Shown: piece by piece, positions 53,185 through 64,000 of the stretch
How the letters are laid out: each line of letters starts with the position of its first letter
How positions within the stretch are numbered: the first letter of the stretch is position 1
Assembly (NCBI GenBank): GCA_964016885.1
Contig: OZ024741.1
Coordinates: 73,718,001 to 73,782,000 of the forward strand
Direction: 5' to 3'
DNA length: 64,000 bases
Origin: Eledone cirrhosa
Lineage: Eukaryota
Translations under genes and position numbers: made by a program
Notes under the pieces: model-generated
Database searches by the model: none
Seen by the model: only the letters and a program-made list of their open reading frames with translations
What the model was told of the DNA's origin: nothing

Positions 53185-53420
53185 TTAATGTTCAAGTGGC
53201 TGAGCATTCCTCAGACACATGTATCCTTAACATATCAAAGGGATTCAGCCTGTCACACTGAGACAAGGCTGGCCTTTTGAATTACAAACACAACATATAT
53301 TTTGTCAGCCGAGTGAACTGGTGCAACGATAAATAAAGAGTGTTGCTCAAGCAACACACAGTTAGAAATAGAACTCACAACCTTACCATATTGTAATGAA
53401 CATTCACACCACTAAGTCAT
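53185..53420 (-). mobile_element. Degenerate SINE-like element
   Basis: Blocks gtggctgagca..cagacacatgta.ccttaac, acaaggctggcc.tttgaattaca and gagtg.actgg.gcaac..aaataaag.gt.ttgctcaag resemble common mollusc SINE bodies (recognised from memory only). Confidence 0.45.
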
Positions 53421-53549
53421 GCACATTCCCACACACACATCATATATACATACATTGTTTATATATATATAGAGAGAGAGCGATTAGATAAATTCATATG
53501 AACTGAGGTAATACATTTTTTCTTGACTACAAAAAATAATCTCATATAT

Positions 53550-53636
<87 letters not shown>

Positions 53637-53639
53637 CTA

Positions 53640-54398
<759 letters not shown>

Positions 54399-56080
54399 AT
54401 AAAAATACTTGAGTGCATTAGAGTTAAGCACACTCGTTGTATTAGAGAAATAACAGTATAAGATATAGCTCAATGTTATCCAACAGAGCCGAAAAATTAT
54501 ATAAAAAATAAACAAAGAAGCCTTTAATTCATTAAAAATCTTTATTTGCTGATAATGTTTCGTCCCATTAATAAGGACTCATCAGAGCAAGGAAAAAGAC
54601 AAGAAGTATTAACGGCCAGAACAAGCCAAAATTCAGAAGAACAGCTAATGGATATTTATGAAAATTTGGGAAAATTATCATGGAAAGACATGCTAAATCT
54701 AATAGGGTGCATTTGTAAATAAAGACTATAGGGCAAGAGAGCAGATAAGACATTAAACAAACCCACGTTAAAAGTACAATATAAGTCTAATACTTGAAAT
54801 ACAACATAGTAATACAATGTGAGAATTATAATATACAATACAATACAATAGATAATACAGAAATAAAACTTAATATATATATATACATCTACACTCACTC
54901 CGACACATATATATACACATTTACACATACACATAATAACACAAATATAAATATAAGCATCATAATATAATAATCACCCTGACGGTGTGATTAAACAATA
55001 CCAAAATCAATGAAAATAATATATTGACATTAAAAAAGTATATAAAAATTCATCTTACGTATCATGTAAAGTCAACAAATTGTGTATAAAAACATAATGT
55101 ATTTCACAGGGTAAAAAATAATAATAATACCATATAATAATATAAAGTCTGGTGGAAAAATATATATAAATATATATAATAGACAATAAATATACGGAGA
55201 TATAGGCAGTTCAAATGCATATAATATTACATATTAATATTTCAATACCGGACACATACTTATAATTCAAATACATATAATATAATATTATATATTAACA
55301 TTAATATTTCAATAGCAGACACACAATAGCAAGGGAAAAAGCTTAAGACATATTTACATGATAAATTCAAGGACACGAGTGACAGATGATAGGGAAATAC
55401 AGACAGCAAGTGGTAGCAAAGCAAAACGAAAACCAAAAACAAAAACAAACACAAACACAAAATCACGTAGACGCAACAAACCGTTAGGTGAAAATAGAAG
55501 ATACTACTTAAACCAAAAAATTGAATTGAAACCCTTATTGGTTTAATTAATCTTCAAATAGTTGAATAAACATTATGGGTCACTTCATATGGAATAAAAT
55601 TTAAGTCATCAATGCCGATAGAGATCAAGATATTTCAACAAATGAGCTAATATATTTATCGAAGATATGTTAAAATCCGTCGTGACGACTGACGTTATCC
55701 AAAGTAAAAACTCCAATTAAAACTATGGTAGACAAAGGGGAACAGAAAGAAGTAAAACTACAGAGGGCAAGAAGGAACATAAAAATATAATATATATATA
55801 TTCAATAAGGCGAAGATTAAGTGTAGAAAGGATGAGGTTCATTAGCCTTAGATGTAGGAGACTAAAATTAAACTATTCAATAAGATACACTTCAACCAGG
55901 GATGAAAATAAAGATAGGAATATATAAGTCGACAAGGAAGAGTAAAAATGTAATAATGGTCAAGGTGATACATGGGCTAAAACAGCTAAGAAAACTAGAA
56001 AAACTAAAATCAATAAACCGTAGAGAACTAATAATAATAATAATGAATAAAAAAACCCAAGTGATAAGGAATAAAAGCAG

Positions 56081-58657
56081 CTAATGGATACGGTTTAAAC
56101 TACCTGAGCTTTTAGGTTTATAATAGAAGAAGGAATTAGAGATAGCATGTGGACAGGAAGAAAATATTTCAGATTTTCTATTAAGCAATACGTTCCTAGA
56201 GAAAATTATAGAATGGGTCTCTAGAATACAAAGATTACAGAATTTAGCGTGGGTGGAAAGGTGATTAGAGTGGGCTACAATACGCCAATGTAGACTGTAC
56301 GGTATACCAGTCCCTTTTAAATCCCAAATATGGTGTGCAAAAGAAGTTGAGTTTTTAAATTTGATATGCTTAAAATTAGAGACATGTGAATTAAATCTAG
56401 TTTTAAAAGTATTAGATGTGGAGCCTATATATGTATTACAAGAAGAATTAGTCTTAACATCACATGCATAAACAATATTCCTAGAGAGGCAGTGACCATT
56501 TAAAGGGCAGCTATTACTTAATCTACAATTACACTTACGGGTACTAGTTATTAGCTGATTACGCGAAGTAATATTCCTAGGGTTATTAGACAACAAGACC
56601 TGCTCGGGTGGTAAGTTATTAATAGAACTATCTAGATTAGTGGTAAGTAAAGAGCAGGCAGTAGCTGTCTCTAATTTTCTTATTATTAGTGCTAGCTAGA
56701 TGTGAACTAATGTTAGGGGTAGTAGAAAAAGAGAGTTTAATTACATTCTTATTAAAGATACTATGATATTTATTAGCAGGAGGGAAATTTTTCTCTAAAA
56801 TAGAAAAGAAAGGCCTAGGGATATTAGTTAGTACATCATAGTTGTAGGGTGGGTTAAAGTAGGTATTAAGCCTTCTCCTATTTTTACCTTTACTATTTCT
56901 ATCACGTTTCTTATTTATAGGATCAGGGTTTATGTGAGGACCAATTGAATTAACACTAGTAGAAACCGCTAAAGCATTACCACTGGGTGTACGTACAGAG
57001 CGTCTATCCTGTTCATTAAAACTAAGCTCAGAATGTGTACCATTAGACACACTATTATAATTACTATTGGGGTTGTTATACATAGGGTTCGGTTTGGATA
57101 TATTTATAAGATTTCTATGATTCCTATGTTTTCTACCCCCATTAAAGGCCATATTGTGGGATATCACGTTATTATGGGTAATCGGAGTCGTTTCAAGGTT
57201 GTCATCTTTATAATGTAGTCTACCAGAGTAACCAGAGTTAGCTAGGGCACTATTATAATACTCAGCATGAGAATTAAAAATTCCTATATCTTTAGAGAGT
57301 GTGGAGATTCTATTAGATACACCGTTAATAATAGAACTAATCATAGATTTAGGGTGGTTGGAATTAGGATTAACGTAAGATAGTGTCTCATTTGGCTTGT
57401 GGAAGGGTTCATAATTATTAGTGACTAAGTATAAAGTCACATCTAAAAAATTAACTGCTCTATCGTTCTTATCAATCGTGATCGAAAGGTTAAAATTTAA
57501 AAAAAATTTATATAACTTCTTCCTATTATGTTCAATGCTATTAGTACTAGAGTTTATCACAAACAATGCATCATCACGATAAAGTCCACCTTTAAGGTGC
57601 GGAAAGTTAACATAAAGCTCGTTTAAGAGGTACAGCCCAACAAGATCAGTCACCTGCGCAGAATCACTCGAACCCATGGTGATGTCAAAGTTATTGGGTG
57701 TGTTCTTACGCGTCCAAAGCGTATCCTCGAATTTGATGATAGTCCTACGGGCCGCTAGTATAACATCAATCTGGGGTCGCGTAAGACTAGACATTCGCAT
57801 GGCCATAATTAAGGCTTTATTGAGGAGGATAGGTGAAATCGACGTGTAATAGGCGTCGATATCAAACTGGATAAACCTACTAGACTTAAGCTTATTAATA
57901 CTAGAGAACCAATTAATAACATCCATAATATTCCCCATAGATTAAAATGAACCTTGTCCCTAACGGTAGGAATAATCTGGTCAAGAATTTTCTTACTAAT
58001 TATAGCTATATCAGACTTAGAAGGACTGATAAGTCTAACAGTAGGATTACTTAAGAAGTCTACTTTATGATCCTTAAGTGTGAATCTCGGTTCCCTAGGG
58101 TAATATGGTTGGGTATACTTATCCAGGCCCAGACTCGAAACTATTTTGAGGCCCTCATTATTAATTTGATCCAAATTATCCTGCGTTGTTTTTTTGTAAT
58201 TTTTATGTAGCTCCTTATAAATAAAGTTACAGTAGGCAATATAATCCATAGAGTAAAGATTCTTAGTCTTGTCAGCTGGGACAAGTATAGACTCATTCCC
58301 TTTAAAATCCTTAACAATATTCTTAAGTTTAGACTGGAACCTGCCAAATTTATTATAGTTCCCATATTTATTATGCCGCTTATATTTAATATTTTTGACA
58401 AGGGAAAGTAAATCGTTCTCAAAACTATCCAATAGAATATTATGCGGTGGACTTTTATAAGTCTTGAAGCCAAACTTATTAAATGGAGTTTTATCACGGG
58501 GGTTAATCCGATTCATATTACTATCAAAATGGAATGCACGCCATCTAATCCGTTTTACGAAAGAATTAACGCTAGCAATCAAGAGTTTTTCATAAGTATT
58601 TCTAGAGGGGATGGGAATATTCTTCAGAGATAAAGGCAAGTAGCTCTTTGTTAGCAT
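56081..58657 (-). pseudogene. PLE RT + GIY-YIG ORF broken near 57940 and 56640
   Basis: SLKNIP, ADKTKNLY, TLKDHK, VRLISP, QFDIDAYYTSI, TMGS.D.AQ, YRDD, NFLDV; CNC..CPL.G.C, NIVY..TYIGST..FKTRF..H, CNLC..E, LLN. Confidence 0.88.
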
Positions 58658-59321
58658 ACTGTCAGATGTATATAAAGGCCAAAAAACCAGTATATAGGAT
58701 AAAGCTCAACCAGTAGGGAGCCGTAATAAGATAAAAATACTTGAGTGCATTAGAGTTAAACACACTCGTCGTTAAAGACACTTTATATTATTATATGGTA
58801 TTATTATTATTTTTTACCCTGTGAAATACATTATGTTTTTATACACAATTTGTTGACTTTACATGATACGTAAGATAAATTTTTATATATTTTTTTAATG
58901 TCAATATATTATTTTCATTGATTTTGGTATTGTTTAATCACACTGTCAGGGTGATTATTCTATTATGATGTTTATATTTATATTTGTGTTATTATGTGTA
59001 TATATATGTGTCGGAGTGAGTGTGGATGTATATATATATTAAGTTTTATTTCTGTATTATCTATTGTATTGTATTGTATATTATAATTCTCACATTGTAT
59101 TACTATGTTGTATTTCAAGTATTAGACTCATATTGTACTTTTAACGTGGGTTTGTTTAATGTCTTACCTGCTCTCTTGCCCTATAGTCTTTATTTATAAA
59201 TGCACCCTATTAGATTTAGCATGTCTTTCCATGATAATTTTCCCAAATTTTCATAAATATCTATTAGCTGTTCTTCTGAATTTTGGCTTGTTCTGGCCGT
59301 TAATACTTCTTGTCTTTTTCC

Positions 59322-59366
59322 TTGCTCTGATGAGTCCTTATTAATGGGACGAAACATTGTCAGCAA
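59322..59366 (+). ncRNA. Minimal type-I hammerhead ribozyme (mirror copy 54546-54590 minus has ATC for GTC)
   Basis: ttgct-CTGATGA-gtcct..gggac-GAAAC-att-GTC-agcaa, matching the minimal PLE-type HHR. Confidence 0.88.
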
Positions 59367-59434
59367 ATAAAGATTTTTTAATGAATTAAAGGCTTCTTTG
59401 TTTTTTTTTATATAATATATATATATATATATAT

Positions 59435-59952
<518 letters not shown>

Positions 59953-61102
59953 ATCCCTATATCTAATGCTACAGATACACGCTCAATGTGAATGGTATAC
60001 TTCATAATTCAATTGTGTGAATGACTTTATATTTAATTCTTGTGTATTAAATATGGACGATGGGTTAAGCGAGAGGAAAAACAGTTTTAATTAATTTGCG
60101 GCTATTATCGGACATGATTTTTCAGCATTTTCCTTGATATATTCTAATTTTGAAATACTTAAAAAATTTGTAGGAACGGGAACTTTGGGAGGTAGACAAC
60201 CATTAGAAATATAATCATTCTTATAGTGTGAAGAAACCAGAGAACCTACATTCAAATATTGGAAATGGCCCTGTATAGGTCAGTGTATTTCTGTATGTGA
60301 GTTTATATATGTGTGTGTGAGATGAAAATGATATGAATTTATATATGTGTGTTTGTGGAGAAAATGGGTGCATTTGTTTATGTAAATTTATATATAAGTA
60401 TGTGTATGTGAGATGAAAATGGGTATATGTGTGTATGTGAGGTGAAAGTAGGAGTATTTTGTAAGTGAATTTATATGTGTGTGTGAAGTTAAGATGTGTG
60501 TTTTTATGTGTGAAGTAAACGTGTGTTAGTATAAATGGAGGTGTATGCTGTGAAGGTGGGTGTGTTTATAAATGTGCAGGTGTGTATGTGTGTGTGAGAT
60601 GAAAGTGAATATGTTTGTGAATGCGTGGGTGTGTTTTTGTGTATGTGCAACTGTATGTTTATTGTATACGTAGATGTGGGTATGATTGTGTATGTATACG
60701 TGTGGGTGCGGTTGTGTGTGTGGAAGTGTGGGTGTATGTGTATATGTGTAGCTGTGATTGGAATTACTGTATGTGCAACTGTGAGTGTGTTTATCAAATG
60801 TGTAAGTGTGGATATGTTTGTGTATGTGTATGTGTAGGTGTGACTGAAATTATTGTATGTGCAACTGTGAGTGGGTATATCAAATGTGTTGGTGCGGATG
60901 TGTTTGTGTATGTGAGTTTGCGTAGGTGTGTGTGTGTGTTTATATATATATTACACAATGGTCCGAAACTGTGGCCTCGTAATAGCGAAGCGAACCACTT
61001 AACAATATGGCAGTGCCTGCGACCACTCACACATACGCACGCTCGTAAAAACTCCCATTTTCACACGACACCTACAGAAATTGACTCTGCGTTCGGAAAC
61101 AG

Positions 61103-64000
61103 AGTACAGCATATGTACAATATGTGTACAATATGTGTACAGTATGTGTACAATATGTGTACAGTGTATGTACAATATGTGTACAGTATGTGTACAATAT
61201 GTGTACAGTATGTGTACAGCATGTGTACAATATGTGTACAATATGTGTACAGCATGTGTACAATATGTGTACAATATGTGTACAGTATGTGTACAATATG
61301 TATACAGTATGTGTACAGTATGTGTACAGTGTATGTACAATATGTGTACAGTATGTGTACAATATGTGTACAGTATGTGTACAGCATGTGTACAGCATGT
61401 GTACGGTATGTGTACAGCATGTGCACAGCATGTGTACAGCATGTGTACAGTATGTGTACAGCATGTGGACAGTATGTGTACAGCATGTTTACAGCATGTG
61501 TACAGTATGTGTACAGCATGTGTACAGCATGTGTACAGTATGTGTACAGTATGTGTACAGTGTGTGTACAGCATGTGTACAGAATGTGTACAGCATGTGT
61601 ACAGTATGTGTACAGCATGTGTACAGCATGTGTACAGCATGTGTACAGCATATGTACAGTATGTGTACAGCATGTGTACAGTATGTGTACAGTATGTGTA
61701 CAGCATGTGTACAGTATGTGTACAGCATGTGTACGGCATGTGTACAGCATATGTACAGCATGTGTACAGTATGTGTACAGCATGTGTACAGCATATGTAT
61801 AGTATGTGTACAGCATGTGTACAGCATGTGTACAGCATGTGTACAGCATGTGTACAGCATATGTATAGTATGTGTACAGCATGTGTACAGTATGTGTACA
61901 GTATGTGTACAGCATGTGTACAGCATGTGTACAGTATGTGTACAGTATGTGTACAGCATGTGTACAGCATGTGTACAGCATGTGTACAGCATATGTATAG
62001 TATGTGTACAGCATGTGTACAGTATGTGTACAGCATGTGTACAGTATGTGTACAGTATGTGTACAGTATGTGTACAGTATGTGTACAGTATGTGTACAGC
62101 ATGTGTACAGCATGTGTACAGTATGTGTACAGCATGTGTACAGTACGTGTACAGTATGTGTAAAGTATGTGTACAGTATGTGTACAGCATGTGTACAGCA
62201 TGTGTACAGTACGTGTACAGTATGTGTACAGCATGTGTACAGCATGTGTACAGTACGTGTACAGTATGTGTACAGCATGTGTACAGCATGTGTACAGCAT
62301 ATGTACAGTATGTGTACAGCATTTGTACAGTATGTGTACAGCATGTGTACAGTATGTGTACAGTATGTGTACAGTATGTGTACAGCATGTGTACAGTACG
62401 TGTACAGTATGTGTACAGCATGTGTACAGCATGTGTACAGCATATGTACAGTATGTGTACAGCATGTGTACAGTATGTGTACAGTATGTGTACAGCATGT
62501 GTACAGTATGTGTACAGTATGTGTACAGCATGTGTACAGCATGTGTACAGTACGTGTACAGTATGTGTACAGTATGTGTACAGCATATGTACAGTATGTG
62601 TACAGCATGTGTACAGTATGTGTACAGTATGTGTACAGCATGTGTACAGCATGTGTACAGTATGTGTACAGTATATGTACAGTATGTGTACAGTATGTGT
62701 ACAGCATGTGTACAGTATGTGTACAGTATGTGTACAGCATGTGTACAGCATGTGTACAGTATGTGTACAGTATGTGTACAGCATGTGTACAGCATGTGTA
62801 CAGTATGTGTACAGCATGTGTACAGTATGTGTACAGTATGTGTACAGCATGTGTACAGCATGTGTACAGTATGTGTACAGCATGTGTACAGTATGTGTAC
62901 AGTATGTGTACAGCATGTGTACAGTATGTGTAAAGTATGTGTACAGCATGTGTACAGCATGTGTACAGCATGTGTACGACATGTGTACAGTAAGTGTACA
63001 GTATGTGTACAGCATGTGTACAGCATATGTACAGTATGTGTACGGCATGTGTACAGTATGTGTACAGTATGTGGACAGTATCTGTACAGCATGTGTACAG
63101 TATGTGTACAGTATGTGTACAGTATATGTACAGTATGTGTACGGCATGTGTACAGTATGTGTACAGCATGTGTACAGCATGTGTACAGTATGTGTACAGT
63201 ATGTGTACAGCATGTGTACAGCATGTGTACAGTATGTGTACAGCATGTGTACAGCATGTGTACAGCATGTGTACAGCATGTGTACAGTATGTGTACAGTA
63301 TGTGTACGGCATGTGTACAGTATGTGTACAGTATGTGTACAGCATGTGTACAGTATGTGTACAGGATGTGTACAGCATATGTACAGTATGTGTACGGCAT
63401 GTGTACAGTATGTGTACAGTATCTGTACAGCATGTGTACAGTATGTGTACAGTATGTGTACAGTATGTGTACAGTATGTGTACAGTATGTGTACAGCATG
63501 TGTACAGTATGTGTACAGTATGTGTACAGTATGTGTACAGTATGTGTACAGCATGTGTACAGTATGTGTACAGCATGTGTACAGTATATGTACAGTATGT
63601 GTACGGCATGTGTACAGTATATGTACAGTATGTGTACAGCATGTGTACAGCATGTGTACAGCATGTGTACAGTATATGTACAGTATGTGTACGGCATGTG
63701 TACAGTATGTGTACAGTATGTGTACAGCATGTGTACAGTACGTGTACAGTATGTGTAAAGTATGTGTACAGTATGTGTACAGCATGTGTACAGCATGTGT
63801 ACAGTATGTGTACAGTATGTGTACAGCATGTGTACAGTATATGTACAGTATGTGTACAGTATGTGTACAGTATGTGTACAGTATGTGTACAGTATGTGTA
63901 CAGCATGTGTACAGTATGTGTAAAGTATGTGTACAGTATGTGTACAGTATGTGTACAGTATGTGTACAGTATGTGTACAGTATGTGTACAGTATGTGTAC
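61103..64000. repeat. 11-bp satellite (ATGTGTACAGY)n running off the window end
   Basis: Direct reading; TGTACA palindromic core; C/T dimorphic position. Confidence 0.96.

Noticed and set aside
56081-58657. Selenocysteine-recoding or Naiad-type PLE
   Set aside because: The endonuclease is C-terminal, and the breaks are a frameshift and a TAA rather than in-frame TGA codons.
60955-61025. Possible SINE head on the minus strand
   Set aside because: Too short and degenerate to support.
60621-63906. Long Cys/His-rich ORFs on both strands
   Set aside because: The 11-bp unit lacks stops in all frames, so this is a satellite and not a metallothionein or zinc finger.
61103-64000. CRISPR-like or telomeric array
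   Set aside because: No unique spacers, no cas genes, and not TTAGGG-type.

Overview
Eukaryotic, AT-rich, microsatellite-saturated DNA. The repeat style suggests an invertebrate, probably a cephalopod (inference; no search run). There is no confidently identifiable host gene, rRNA, tRNA or CRISPR array. The window is mostly mobile DNA: a decayed hATm-like DNA transposon interrupted by a precisely delimited Helitron, two more Helitron pieces, a decayed R4/Dong-like RLE LINE, a CRE-like RLE fragment, tRNA-derived SINEs and three Penelope-like elements (PLEs), one with an uninterrupted 1188-aa RT+GIY-YIG ORF. There are three large tandem arrays: a 24-bp unit, a ~33-bp triplet-periodic unit spanning 13 kb, and an 11-bp unit. 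The strongest unexplained signal is a dense set of unrelated minimal type-I hammerhead ribozyme (HHR) motifs. They sit in PLE terminal repeats, in a non-coding direct-repeat-bounded 543-bp element, and in at least five foldback palindromes in or beside (TA)n tracts. In every foldback where a motif is visible, the ribozyme-sense strand points outward. Most ORFs in the track are microsatellite artefacts.
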